Position numbers and translations under genes: made by a program. Positions 25,704 to 35,934 of a DNA stretch of 64,000 nucleotides are shown one piece after another. Under the pieces are notes generated by a model. The model saw only the letters and a list, made by a program, of their open reading frames with translations. It was not told the DNA's origin and did no database searches. Each line of letters begins with the position of its first letter. The first letter of the stretch is position 1. This DNA comes from Thermodesulfobacteriota bacterium. Lineage in GTDB: Bacteria > Desulfobacterota > Desulfobacteria > Desulfobacterales > SURF-7. The DNA lies in assembly GCA_049320885.1 (NCBI GenBank), contig JBMORA010000049.1, forward strand, positions 1 to 64,000, read 5' to 3'.

Positions 25704-28574
25704 ATGAGCCTAACATGCTGGAATTGCAACCATGAAATTGACACCAGCGGCCTGAATTGCCCGCATTGTAACGCCCTGATCGATGAGGCGGTCATCAGTC
25801 AGATGAGTTCCTTTCATATCCGGAATACGCCCGCCTCGCCGATTTCTTCCGGCGTTGTCGTGGCGGATCGCTACGATATCAAAAGGGAAATCGGCAGGGG
25901 CGGGATGGGGATCGTCTTTCTGGCTCACGATAAGTACATGGAACGGGAAGTGGCGCTGAAGATCATTCCCCAGGAGTTGTCCATGGACCCCAAGGCGATC
26001 TCCGACCTGAAGCGGGAAACGTCCCTGGCGTTGGAACTCACCCATGAATATATCGTCCGCTTGTACAACCTGGACACCTGGAAAAACCTGACCTTCGTCA
26101 CCATGGAATACGTCCCCGGAGGCACCCTTTCGCACCTGATGGTGAAAAACGGCGGCAGGCTGTCCCTGGATGAAGCCCTGCCGTTGCTGCGCCAGGTTGC
26201 CGAAGCCCTCGATTACACTCACCGCAAAAGCCCGCCGGTCATGCATCTGGACATCAAGCCGCTCAACATCCTTATCTCCAAGGACGGTTATGCGAAAATC
26301 GCGGATTATGGTCTGGCGCGGGTATTGCGCGACCTGGCGACACGGATTTCCGCCTGGGAGGCGGCCGGAACCCTGGCCTACATGGCGCCGGAGCAAATCC
26401 GGGGAAAGGGTATCGGTCCCTGGTCCGACATCTATGCACTGGCCGCGGTGGCCTACGAACTGCTTTCCGGACATCCGCCTTTCCATACCGGCGATTTGAG
26501 ATGGCAGATCATGCATGAAGAGGTGGAGCCCATTGAGTTCATATCGGAAAAAGTCAACAACGCCTTGCTGTACGGCCTGCAGAAGAAACCCGATCATCGA
26601 CCGTCCAGTGCCGGCGAATTGGTGGCGGTGCTGGCGGGGGAAAAACCCGTTCCGAAAATCGAGGAGCTGCGCAGCATCCCGGAAAAAGGCGGAACCGTGG
26701 CGGCTGAATTCAAGACCCCGGACTCCCGTCCGGAAGCCGAGGTTCCCGGGGGGCGGTTACGGATCGGTGGGTTGAAGGCGGGGTTGTCGGCCGCGGCGGC
26801 CGTCTTCATCATCGGTTTGCTGGGATGGGTCTATGGGGACCGGCTCATGGCCCTCATGGGGACGTTGATGAAGGCGCCCCGCGTCCAGGAGGCGATTTCC
26901 GAGCAGCAGGAGACCGCCAAACCGTTTGCGGCGGAACAGCAGTTGCCGGTTCCGACTCCGGTGGAAGAGGTCACCCCCCCGCCGGAAGCGCCGCCGGAGC
27001 CCGTGAAGGCCGATGCGGCGGTCATTGCCGTCCAGAGTGAACCGGCCGGAGCGGATGTGTATCTGAACGGCGACATCAAGGGAAGAACCCCGCTGGTCCT
27101 GGAAGGCATGAAGGCCGGCGAATACGCCCTTAGCATCAAAAAGGAAGGGTTTGAACCCCGGAATGAAAAAGTGGTCTGCCAGGCGGACGAACGGAAGGAG
27201 ATTTCCCTCGTTCTCCAGACGCTGTATGGCGCCATCGACATCACCAGCCAGCCGGCCGACGCCGTCATCCAGATCGACGGGAAGGAAATCGGCCGGTCTC
27301 CCCGGGTGATAACCGATATCGAGGCCGGGAAAAAAAAGATCGTCCTCACGGCCGAGGGGTTCGAACCATGGAGCCGGGTCATCCAGGTCGCCAAGGGCCA
27401 AGAGGTCAAACTGAAAGCGGAATTAATTCCTTCCATGGGCGACCTCCGGATCGTCAGCGAGCCGTCCCGGGCGGAAGTTTTTCTGTCCGGCATCCGAAAA
27501 GGAGTGACGCCCTTGACGTTGAAACAATTGAAAGCCGGGCCTGTGATGCTCGAAGTCCGAAAAGAGTGCTACCAGCCGGCCATCAAGGAAGTCACCGTGA
27601 TTGGCCGCCGTCTGACGGAGACCCGGATGGAGTTGTCATCGGATTGCGGCCGGTTGTCGGTGAACAGCCAGCCTGCCGGCGCAAAATGGTACCTGGACGG
27701 GAAATACCGGGGGATAACGCCCATGGAGGTGGCCGATGTGGATCTCGGGGAGCATACGGTCAAGCTGACCCTGGACAATCACCGGGAAAAGACCATGACG
27801 GTCCAGGTCAAACCCACCGGAAGCGAAAAATTGCTGGCGACGCTGGAAACCGATCTGCCCGCGGCAAGCGCGGCCTCCTCCAACCCCGCGGCGGAAATGG
27901 AATTCGTTTTGGCGCCGAAAGGCTGCTTTCAAATGGGCAGTGCCGCCTCCGACCCGGAACGCAACATGGATGAAGGTCCCCAGCATGAAGTCTGTCTGGA
28001 TGGATTCTGGATCGGAAAACATGAAGTGACCCAGGGACAATGGGAAAAAGTCATGAATCAGAATCCCTCCACCCTGAAGAACGGAAAAGAATATCCGGTG
28101 GTCAATGTGTCCTGGAACGACATCCAGCTGTTCATCAAAAAGTTGAACGAGGCCAACCGGGGGAAATGGGCTTTCCGTTTGCCCACCGAAGCGGAATGGG
28201 AATATGCCTGCCGCAGCGGAGGCAAACCGGAACGATACGCCGGCGGGAACACGGCGGACGGAGTCGCCTGGCATGAGGGCAACAGCAGGCGCTCTTTCCA
28301 GCCGGTGGGACGAAAGGCCGCCAACGGCATCGGTATTTTCGACATGAGCGGGAATGTCTATGAGTGGGTGGAGGACATCTATGCCGTGGATGCCTACAAC
28401 CGCCACGGCAAGAACAACCCGGTTTTCCGGGAGGCCGGCAAGTACCGGGTATGCCGGGGCGGCAGTTGGCTGATGCGCGCCAGTGAGTGCCGTTCGACCA
28501 ACCGCAGTTACTATTTTCCGGACAGCCGCAATTACAACCTCGGTTTCCGACTGGTGCGGGTGCCCCAGGGATAG
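25704..28574 (+). CDS. Hanks-type Ser/Thr kinase - TM - 4x PEGA - FGE-sulfatase-like domain
   Basis: Zn ribbon CWNC/CPHC; GRGGMG, VALK, HLDIKPLN, DYG, YMAPE; four SxPxxA PEGA repeats; RLPTEAEWEYACR, DMSGNVYEW, GFRLV. Confidence 0.92.
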   Translation: MSLTCWNCNHEIDTSGLNCPHCNALIDEAVISQMSSFHIRNTPASPISSGVVVADRYDIKREIGRGGMGIVFLAHDKYMEREVALKIIPQELSMDPKAISDLKRETSLALELTHEYIVRLYNLDTWKNLTFVTMEYVPGGTLSHLMVKNGGRLSLDEALPLLRQVAEALDYTHRKSPPVMHLDIKPLNILISKDGYAKIADYGLARVLRDLATRISAWEAAGTLAYMAPEQIRGKGIGPWSDIYALAAVAYELLSGHPPFHTGDLRWQIMHEEVEPIEFISEKVNNALLYGLQKKPDHRPSSAGELVAVLAGEKPVPKIEELRSIPEKGGTVAAEFKTPDSRPEAEVPGGRLRIGGLKAGLSAAAAVFIIGLLGWVYGDRLMALMGTLMKAPRVQEAISEQQETAKPFAAEQQLPVPTPVEEVTPPPEAPPEPVKADAAVIAVQSEPAGADVYLNGDIKGRTPLVLEGMKAGEYALSIKKEGFEPRNEKVVCQADERKEISLVLQTLYGAIDITSQPADAVIQIDGKEIGRSPRVITDIEAGKKKIVLTAEGFEPWSRVIQVAKGQEVKLKAELIPSMGDLRIVSEPSRAEVFLSGIRKGVTPLTLKQLKAGPVMLEVRKECYQPAIKEVTVIGRRLTETRMELSSDCGRLSVNSQPAGAKWYLDGKYRGITPMEVADVDLGEHTVKLTLDNHREKTMTVQVKPTGSEKLLATLETDLPAASAASSNPAAEMEFVLAPKGCFQMGSAASDPERNMDEGPQHEVCLDGFWIGKHEVTQGQWEKVMNQNPSTLKNGKEYPVVNVSWNDIQLFIKKLNEANRGKWAFRLPTEAEWEYACRSGGKPERYAGGNTADGVAWHEGNSRRSFQPVGRKAANGIGIFDMSGNVYEWVEDIYAVDAYNRHGKNNPVFREAGKYRVCRGGSWLMRASECRSTNRSYYFPDSRNYNLGFRLVRVPQG

Positions 28575-28582
28575 CGCGGAAC

Positions 28583-29377
28583 ATGCCGACCGCTTCCACC
28601 CATAACGGTATCTGCTGGGCTGCCGATTCGAATCTAGGCCTGATGCATCGAACCAACGAGGATTACTATCTGATCCGGCCCGATCTGGGATTATGGGTTT
28701 TATGCGACGGCCTGAGCGGTCATATGGAAGGGGAGAGCGCCAGTTGGGTCTGCGCCATGACCATTGCCGATAACGTGGCCGGAAATGTCGATCTGGTGAG
28801 CGCCATTCATCACGCCCATTGGAAGGTCTGGCGGTTGACGTACAATAAATCCAGAACATTCAATCAATGCGGCACCACCGTTGCCGCCTTGATGATCCGG
28901 AAAAAGAAATGGCAGGTGGCCTGGGTGGGCGATACCCGGGTCTGGTGTTATGAAAAGAAGAAAATGGTCCAGATCACGCAGGATCATACCGTGGCCAGAC
29001 AACTGCTCAACTGGGGGGAAATCAACGCCGAGGAAGCGGGACGTCACCCGGACCGGCATCGCTTGACCCAGGTGGTGGGAATCGGTGAAAAATCCCTCAA
29101 CGTGGGATCCGCTACGGGAAGATGGGATGGCGGCCAGACCTTTCTTCTCGCCACGGATGGCCTGGCATACTGGAACGATCCCGGAAAGCTGGCCCTGATT
29201 CTGGAGGAAGCGGAACACCCGGGCCAGGCCGTGAGCTTGCTGACCAGGGCGAGCATTGAAACCTGGGCCAAGGACGACTTTACCATCATTGTCGTGGGAC
29301 CCGATCTCCGGACGGGTTTCCAGCCGGGCAAGGTTCTGAAGAACTGGTTGAACTCCCGGCGGCTGGCCGGCCGATGA
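28583..29377 (+). CDS. PP2C-family Ser/Thr phosphatase
   Basis: RTNED, LCDGLSGH, GTT, VGDTR, TQDH, LATDGL, DDFTIIVV. Confidence 0.88.
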   Translation: MPTASTHNGICWAADSNLGLMHRTNEDYYLIRPDLGLWVLCDGLSGHMEGESASWVCAMTIADNVAGNVDLVSAIHHAHWKVWRLTYNKSRTFNQCGTTVAALMIRKKKWQVAWVGDTRVWCYEKKKMVQITQDHTVARQLLNWGEINAEEAGRHPDRHRLTQVVGIGEKSLNVGSATGRWDGGQTFLLATDGLAYWNDPGKLALILEEAEHPGQAVSLLTRASIETWAKDDFTIIVVGPDLRTGFQPGKVLKNWLNSRRLAGR

Positions 29378-29435
29378 GAGTTAGCCGTGGCTTGCAAGCG
29401 GGATCAATGACAATCGTTGGTGACGATGGCGGGTC

Positions 29436-31106
29436 ATGGCGAAATTCAGAGACGCACTGATTGAGATTTCACGGAAAAATTATCGCAGAAACCTGCAGGT
29501 ACTGCGCAACAGCCTGGCCTACAATCCGGCCATCATGATTTATGAGAAGGAATACCACCGCCATTTGAGCCGCTATCAGGCGATCTCCGGCAAGGTGGAA
29601 CTCATGAAACGGGTGGCGGGAGCGGATCTGGTTTTTCATGGGGACTACCATACCCTGAGACAATCCCAGCGCTGCGTGCTGAGGATTCTGCGGGAAATCC
29701 AGAGCAAACGGGACATCATCCTCTGCCTGGAGATGTTTCACGCCTCGGATCAGAAACATATCGATGCCTTCCTGGCAGGTACTCACAGCGAGGATGAGTT
29801 TATCCGGAAAATCGATTACCGGCACAAGTGGCCTTTCAGCTGGCGCAACTGGAGTCCGATCATTTATTTCTGTCGGGACAATCACATTCCCATACTGGGG
29901 ATCAATTCCATGGCGGCGGAGGGAATCAAGGGGCTGCGGGCACGGGACCGGTTTTCCGCCAGGATTATCGCCAAAACACTGATCCGGTATCCCCAGCACC
30001 TGGTGTATGTGGTGGACGGAGATTTCCATATCTCCCCCGGCCATCTGCCCAAGGAAGTGGACCAGTTGCTCACCCTGATGGATCATCCGGTAAAACGGCT
30101 GATCATTTATCAAAACGCGGAAAAACTCTACTGGAAGTTGTGCCGGGACGGGCTTGAGGAAACCGATGTGCTGAAAATTGCCGAGGATAGTTATTGCGTG
30201 ATGAACGCCATGCCGGCCAACAAGGTCCAGTCCTACCTGAACTGGCTGGAATACTCGGAGGAAGCCTATTATCCGGTTCACGGGGAATGGGAGGACGAAG
30301 GATTCGAAGGCCGGGGTCTCACCGTTCAGGAAATGATCACTTCCATCGCTTCGATCCTGGATCTGGACTTGCCTTCCCATGTGCTGGAAAGGCTTTCGGT
30401 TTACTATGCCGACGATTTGCATTTAATGGATCACCTCCGGGAAATTCCCACCATCAGGAACAGCATGCATCTGATTCGAGAAAAAATAGAAAGAGGCGAA
30501 GGGTTTTTGTTGAGCTATCCAGCGGAGGGCCAGGAAAATTATCTGATCTACCTGCCGAATTCCAATATTAACATGGCGGCGGAGGAAGCCAGCCATTTCG
30601 TCAACGCGGCCCTCAGGGGACGGATGACGGTCGATCTCGACCCCTTCGACCGGTTTTACTGGAACGCCGTCACCGAGTGTCTCGGATTTTTCGGCAGTAA
30701 ATTCATCAATGAAAAGCGCAAGGCGCAATCCGAGAATTCCCTCAGGAGGCTCCTCGGGCAGATCAAGCGCGGAGAAAGCGCCGAAAACGACCCGGAGATA
30801 CCCGCCGTTGCGCGATACATCTTACAGCATTACGCCCTTCAGCGCCGGAATGGAGGCCGACGGGAATTCGAGGGCAAGTTCGGACCGGTTTTCCGCCAGC
30901 AGTCCATGCTGCCGGTCGTGTTCAGCACGCAATTGGGATACATCCTCGGCAATAAGCTGTATTACGCGGTCAAGGGCGGCCATTTCCCGCTATCCCGGAT
31001 TCGGAATTGTTTTCAGGAGCGTTTCGAAGAGCCGGGGAGTTCTTTCGAATGGTATCTGGATATCAGTCATCGCCTGAAAGCCATGAAGCATGTCAGTCAA
31101 TTTTAA
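29436..31106 (+). CDS. ChaN/EreA-like domain protein with large C-terminal extension
   Basis: FHGDYHT, LCLEMF...Q..ID.F, RD, DGDFH motifs resembling the ChaN family; no signal peptide. Confidence 0.6.
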   Translation: MAKFRDALIEISRKNYRRNLQVLRNSLAYNPAIMIYEKEYHRHLSRYQAISGKVELMKRVAGADLVFHGDYHTLRQSQRCVLRILREIQSKRDIILCLEMFHASDQKHIDAFLAGTHSEDEFIRKIDYRHKWPFSWRNWSPIIYFCRDNHIPILGINSMAAEGIKGLRARDRFSARIIAKTLIRYPQHLVYVVDGDFHISPGHLPKEVDQLLTLMDHPVKRLIIYQNAEKLYWKLCRDGLEETDVLKIAEDSYCVMNAMPANKVQSYLNWLEYSEEAYYPVHGEWEDEGFEGRGLTVQEMITSIASILDLDLPSHVLERLSVYYADDLHLMDHLREIPTIRNSMHLIREKIERGEGFLLSYPAEGQENYLIYLPNSNINMAAEEASHFVNAALRGRMTVDLDPFDRFYWNAVTECLGFFGSKFINEKRKAQSENSLRRLLGQIKRGESAENDPEIPAVARYILQHYALQRRNGGRREFEGKFGPVFRQQSMLPVVFSTQLGYILGNKLYYAVKGGHFPLSRIRNCFQERFEEPGSSFEWYLDISHRLKAMKHVSQF

Positions 31107-31612
31107 TGAGGCCTATGAAATTGAAAGTGTTCACGATGGGCGGCACCATCGATAAAATCTATTTCGACAAGAAAAGCGATTATGAAGTGGGGGCGCCGGC
31201 TGTCGGTTCCATTTTGCGGGAAGCCGGAGTCGGTTTTCCCTGGGAGGTGGAATCGCTGATCAGAAAAGACAGTCTGGACATGACCGATGCGGACCGGCGT
31301 CTGTTGTGGGAACGGGTTTCCGCAGCTGCCGAGGAGCGGATCCTGGTGACTCATGGCTCGGACACCATGATCGCCAGCGCCAAGCTGCTGAAGAAAGTGA
31401 CGGGCAAGACCATCGTGCTCACCGGCGCCATCGAGCCGGCCATGTCCAGGACCAGCGATGCGCCGTTCAACGTGGGGTGCGCGGTGGCCGCCGTGCAGAT
31501 TCTGCCACCGGGGGTCTATATCGTCATGAACGGATGCATTTTCGATCCCGACAAGGTGAAAAAAAATCTCCGTCTGAACCGTTTCGAAGCGGTTGGCCAG
31601 GCGCTTCGGTAG
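31106..31612 (+). CDS. short asparaginase-domain protein
   Basis: TMGGTIDK, KDSLDM, THGSDTM, VLTGA, SDAPFNVG; ATG overlaps the upstream TAA. Confidence 0.85.
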   Translation: MRPMKLKVFTMGGTIDKIYFDKKSDYEVGAPAVGSILREAGVGFPWEVESLIRKDSLDMTDADRRLLWERVSAAAEERILVTHGSDTMIASAKLLKKVTGKTIVLTGAIEPAMSRTSDAPFNVGCAVAAVQILPPGVYIVMNGCIFDPDKVKKNLRLNRFEAVGQALR

Positions 31613-31628
31613 GGGATTCAAAAAAGAA

Positions 31629-31664
31629 GATTCCCCGCCCCCCGGAAAGGAGCGGCGGGGAATC
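31629..31664 (-). terminator. terminator hairpin between convergent genes
   Basis: GATTCCCCGCC...GGCGGGGAATC with an A-run on the left (U-tract for the minus strand). Confidence 0.65.
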
Positions 31665-31676
31665 ATGACAAACCGG

Positions 31677-33416
31677 TCATTTCTTTTTTTCTTCATCCCG
31701 CAGCACACGCCGCAGCACCTTGCCCACCGGTGACACCGGCACGGATTCCCTGAACTCGAAATAGCGCGGCCGCTTGTAACCGGCCATATGCTTCTTGCAG
31801 AATTCCTGCATTTCATCGTCGGTGATCTTTTCGCCCGGTTTTACCTGGATAAAGGCCTTGACCGCTTCCCCGCTCTTGGGATCGGGCACGCCCACCACCG
31901 CGGCGATAGCGACCTTGGGATGGGTGAACAGGATGTCTTCGACTTCCCGCGGATACACATTGAATCCGCCCACCAGAATCATGTCCTTTTTGCGATCCGT
32001 GATCAGGATATAGCCGTTTTCATCCACGTGGCCGATGTCGCCGGTGAGGAAAAAGCGGCTGCCGCCGATTTCACGGAAAACAGCGGCGTTTTCCTCTGGC
32101 CGGTTCCAATAGCCCTGCATGACCTGGGGACCGCTGATGGCGATTTCGCCGTCTTCCCCCGGTTTCATTTCCCGGGTGCCGTTTTCCAGGTCCACGATTT
32201 TGATGTCCGTGCCGGGGATGGGAAAGCCGATGGAGCCGATCAGGCGGTTTTCCCGGCTGGTGGGATTGGAGCTGGCCACCGGAGCGGTTTCGCTCAAGCC
32301 ATAGCCCTCGAAGATCACGGCCCCGGTTTTGGCTTCAAATTGCTTGCAGACTTCCGGGGGCAGGGGGGCGCCGCCGGAAAAACAGCCCATCAGGGAGGTG
32401 AGGTCGAATTTGTCCAGCAGGGGATGGTTGGTGAACGCCACGAAAATGGTCGGCACGGCCGGCATGATGGTGGCCTTGTACTTCTGGACCGCTTGCAATA
32501 CCCCGGTGAAGGGCGGTTTCCCGGCCCGCGGATCGGGAAGGCACACCAGCCGGCTTCCGCTGCCGCAGGCGGCCATCATGCAGACGGTCATGCCGAAACT
32601 GTGGTACCAGGGGAGCACTCCCAGATAGGTATGGAAACCACCTTTGCGCAGGGGTTCGGGCTTGCCGCCCGGCTCATGCGGCAGCCGGCCCCATAGCTCA
32701 AGCGCTTTGAGATTGTAAGTGAAATTGGTGTGGGTCAAGGCCGCCCCCTTGGGGACGCCGGTGGTGCCGCCCGTATAGATGATCAGCGCCAGATCCTCCC
32801 GTGGTTGAATGGTGATGTCGGGGGCCTTGGGTTTTGCGGCGGCAACGACATCGTCAAAGAACAGATGGCCGGATTCATAGCGCTCCGCCTTGGGGATTTT
32901 TCCCAGCAGACCGCCGATCACCGCCTTGATTTTGGGAAGATAGGATTTGACACTGCAGATCACCACGGTCCGGACATCCGTATTGTTCACCGCCTCCACG
33001 GTTGTGGGATAGAACTGGGGATGATCCATGCAGAAAACCGCTTTGGCCCCTGCGTCCTTCAACTGGTAATTCAATTCGGCGGCGGTATAGAGCGGATTGC
33101 AGGTGACGCAGACGGCGCCGGCTTTGAGGATGCCGAAATAAATTTCCGGATAATGCGGCAGGTTGGGAAGAAAAATGGCGACGCGGTCGCCTTTTTGAAT
33201 CCCCCGGGATGCCAGAAAGTCGGCCACCCGGTCGGCCGTATCTTTTACCTGGGAGAACGTGCGCACCGCATCGTTGAAAATCGTGTACGCAAGGTCGGGA
33301 TACTCCCGGGCCGCATCGTCCAAAATCTGAAATAAGGGGAAATTATATTCCTCGGGATCGATGTCCCGGGGAACGCCTTCCGGCCATTTGGGGGTGGGCC
33401 ATGATGTTGCAGCCAT
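31677..33416 (-). CDS. fadD: long-chain-fatty-acid--CoA ligase
   Basis: YTGGTTGVPKG, EGYGLSET, TGDIG, DRKKDMI, VGKVLRR; AGGAGG RBS. Confidence 0.88.
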   Translation of the reverse strand: MAATSWPTPKWPEGVPRDIDPEEYNFPLFQILDDAAREYPDLAYTIFNDAVRTFSQVKDTADRVADFLASRGIQKGDRVAIFLPNLPHYPEIYFGILKAGAVCVTCNPLYTAAELNYQLKDAGAKAVFCMDHPQFYPTTVEAVNNTDVRTVVICSVKSYLPKIKAVIGGLLGKIPKAERYESGHLFFDDVVAAAKPKAPDITIQPREDLALIIYTGGTTGVPKGAALTHTNFTYNLKALELWGRLPHEPGGKPEPLRKGGFHTYLGVLPWYHSFGMTVCMMAACGSGSRLVCLPDPRAGKPPFTGVLQAVQKYKATIMPAVPTIFVAFTNHPLLDKFDLTSLMGCFSGGAPLPPEVCKQFEAKTGAVIFEGYGLSETAPVASSNPTSRENRLIGSIGFPIPGTDIKIVDLENGTREMKPGEDGEIAISGPQVMQGYWNRPEENAAVFREIGGSRFFLTGDIGHVDENGYILITDRKKDMILVGGFNVYPREVEDILFTHPKVAIAAVVGVPDPKSGEAVKAFIQVKPGEKITDDEMQEFCKKHMAGYKRPRYFEFRESVPVSPVGKVLRRVLRDEEKKK

Positions 33417-33599
33417 TCTGTCGCCTCCTTTTGGGGTGCTTGGATGTATATTCATTGCGGGAACCGCTTCAGCATGATAAACAGATTGATCGATGCGGTA
33501 ATTTTAGATATCTGAATCAAAAAAGCAAGCGAGAAAACAACAATCATGTCCGGGGTGGCCCCGGCCGGTATCATTTGTCCATACAGGAGATTTTTATTG

Positions 33600-34895
33600 A
33601 TGAAACCAACGGTCAGTTTGACAAAATACGCTTCAAGCCCGGATTCCCTGCGCACCGCCGTGGAATTGTGCGACGGATTCCGGAATCTCAACCCATCGGA
33701 CAGGGTTCTGATCAAACCGAATCTGGTGGCCTGGGACAATCGGTTTTCCATTGCGCCTTTCGGGGTATACACCACCACCCGATTGGTGGAGGATATGATT
33801 GTCTGCCTGAAGGACCGCGGGTGCAGCCGGATCTCCATCGGGGAGGGCTCGGTGCAACTGACCAAGGACGTCGGCACCATGCAGGCTTTTGAGGGCCTGG
33901 GATATACGGCTCTGGCAAAACGGTACGGCGTTGCGCTGGTGGATTTCAATGAAAGCAAAGCCGAAAAATTCGTCTTTCAGGACGACCTGTCCCTGCAGAT
34001 CGCCAGGGAGGCGGTGGAACAGGATTTTTTCATCAACTTACCGGTATTGAAAACCCATGGCCAGACCAAGGTTTCCCTGGGGCTGAAAAATCTCAAAGGC
34101 TGCCTGAAACGCGCGTCCAAGAAATTCTGCCACCATACGGAGCTGGATCTGGAGTACTGTTTTTCGTTTCTCGCCGATTTTGTCAAACCTTCTCTCACCG
34201 TGGTGGACGGGATCTACGCCCTGGAACGCGGGGCCCTGCATTTCGGCACGGCCTTCCGTAAGGATATCCTCATTGCCTCCACCGATGTCATGGGGGCCGA
34301 TCTCCTTTCGGCCCACACCATCGGTTACCGCGGCGGCGACATCGCCCATTTCGGACACTACGCCCGCCGCCATGGGAAATCTCTCGCAATCGGTGACTAT
34401 ACGGTTGTCGGCGAAAATCCCGCAGACCATGTCAAGCCCTTGAAATGGGATTGGACCTGGACCGACGACAACACCGGACCCGGCGTTTTTCAGAAAATGG
34501 GCATCACCGGCGTTGCGCTTCCCAAATATGACGATTCCCTTTGTTCCGGCTGCTCTCCCATCGCCAATCTCAGCAATATCCTGGTCCTGTCGGCCTTCAA
34601 GGGAAATCCCCTGCCGAAGGTGGAGATCCTGAACGGGAAAAAAATGCAGGCCCGCCCTGGATATGAAAAAACCGTCCTGCTGGGCAATTGCATCATCAAG
34701 GCCAACCGGGAAAATCCGAACATCCGGGAAGCCGTGGAAGTCAAGGGCTGCCCGCCCGCGGAGGAGGATGTGGTGTCCGCCCTGAAATCCACCGGTCTGG
34801 ACGTCAATATCCTGGCCTATCACGGCTACATGAAACAACAGGCCGAAAAATACGAAGGCAAGGAACTATATGAAAAACGGTTTTATACCGGTTGA
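33600..34895 (+). CDS. DUF362 Fe-S protein with C-terminal Cys-rich domain
   Basis: VLIKPN, INLPVLKTH, LGLKNLKG, VVDG; C-terminal CSGC...GNC...GCPP. Confidence 0.8.
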   Translation: MKPTVSLTKYASSPDSLRTAVELCDGFRNLNPSDRVLIKPNLVAWDNRFSIAPFGVYTTTRLVEDMIVCLKDRGCSRISIGEGSVQLTKDVGTMQAFEGLGYTALAKRYGVALVDFNESKAEKFVFQDDLSLQIAREAVEQDFFINLPVLKTHGQTKVSLGLKNLKGCLKRASKKFCHHTELDLEYCFSFLADFVKPSLTVVDGIYALERGALHFGTAFRKDILIASTDVMGADLLSAHTIGYRGGDIAHFGHYARRHGKSLAIGDYTVVGENPADHVKPLKWDWTWTDDNTGPGVFQKMGITGVALPKYDDSLCSGCSPIANLSNILVLSAFKGNPLPKVEILNGKKMQARPGYEKTVLLGNCIIKANRENPNIREAVEVKGCPPAEEDVVSALKSTGLDVNILAYHGYMKQQAEKYEGKELYEKRFYTG

Positions 34896-34909
34896 GAGGA
34901 AAGCGGGAC

Positions 34910-35860
34910 ATGGAAGAGAAAATCAAACTGGGTGTCAGCGCCTGCCTGCTGGGGGATAATGTCCGCTATAACGGCGGAAATTGCCGGGATCATTTCCTGA
35001 CGGATACGCTGAGCGCATACGTCGAATGGGTGCCGGTCTGTCCGGAAGTGGAATGCGGACTCGGTATTCCCAGGGAAACCCTGCGTCTGGTGGGAGACCC
35101 GGAAGACCCCCGGCTGGTGACCACCAAAACCGGTATCGACCATACGGAGAAAATGCGTTCCTGGGCCGTGGCCAGGCTGGAAAAACTGGAGCGGGAAAAC
35201 CTTTGCGGCTTCATTTTCAAAAGCAAATCCCCGAGCAGCGGATGGTTGCGGGTAAAAGTATATCACCCCAACGGCGGCTCCGTTCATCAGGGTACCGGTA
35301 TTTTTGCAAAGGCCTTTACCCGGCGGTTTCCCCGCCTGCCGGTGGAGGAGGAGGGACGACTCTGCGATCCCGGACTCCGCGAGAACTTCATCGAGCGGAT
35401 TTTTGCCCTGCGACGCTGGCGGGAAACCGTTGAAGCCGGCATGACCGCGGGAGGACTGGTGGATTTCCACACCCGCAACAAACTGTTGATTCTGGCCCAC
35501 GGGGAGAAACACTATCGCGCCATGGGCAAACTCGTGGCCCAGGGAAAGACGGAATCCATGGAGAAACTATATGACCAATATGAGTCGCTTTTCATGGAGG
35601 CCCTGACCCTGCAGTCCACCGTCAGGAAGAATTCCAACGTGTTGATGCACGCCATGGGCTATTTCAAGAAGCAGCTCACCTCCGATGAAAAAGCCGAGCT
35701 GCTTGAATTGCTGGATGCGTATCGCAGGGAAAGCATTCCCCTGATCGTGCCGGTGACCCTGATCAATCACTATGTGCGGAAATACGATCAGCCGTACCTG
35801 AAAATCCAGACATATCTCAATCCCCATCCGCTGTCGCTGCGGCTGAGAAACCATGCGTGA
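34910..35860 (+). CDS. DUF523 + DUF1722 (YbgA-like) protein
   Basis: GVSACLLG.NVRYNGG, VCPEVECGL, KSPSSG, FHTRNKL, YLNPHP. Confidence 0.88.
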   Translation: MEEKIKLGVSACLLGDNVRYNGGNCRDHFLTDTLSAYVEWVPVCPEVECGLGIPRETLRLVGDPEDPRLVTTKTGIDHTEKMRSWAVARLEKLERENLCGFIFKSKSPSSGWLRVKVYHPNGGSVHQGTGIFAKAFTRRFPRLPVEEEGRLCDPGLRENFIERIFALRRWRETVEAGMTAGGLVDFHTRNKLLILAHGEKHYRAMGKLVAQGKTESMEKLYDQYESLFMEALTLQSTVRKNSNVLMHAMGYFKKQLTSDEKAELLELLDAYRRESIPLIVPVTLINHYVRKYDQPYLKIQTYLNPHPLSLRLRNHA

Positions 35861-35934
35861 AGCGCGGCGGCATGGGGAAGCTGGTTCACATATGTAGAAT
35901 GACAACCCTGTACCGGAAACCGGGAGAATACCCA

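Noticed and set aside
28440..28574. FGE-like C-terminus as a diversity-generating retroelement variable region
   Set aside because: This fold is a common DGR target, but I found no template repeat or reverse transcriptase in the window. A remote DGR cannot be excluded without the full genome.
34745..34895. Selenocysteine or readthrough in the DUF362 protein (GCPP motif, TGA stop)
   Set aside because: The motif uses a normal Cys codon, the protein looks complete at the TGA, and the next gene starts 14 nt later.
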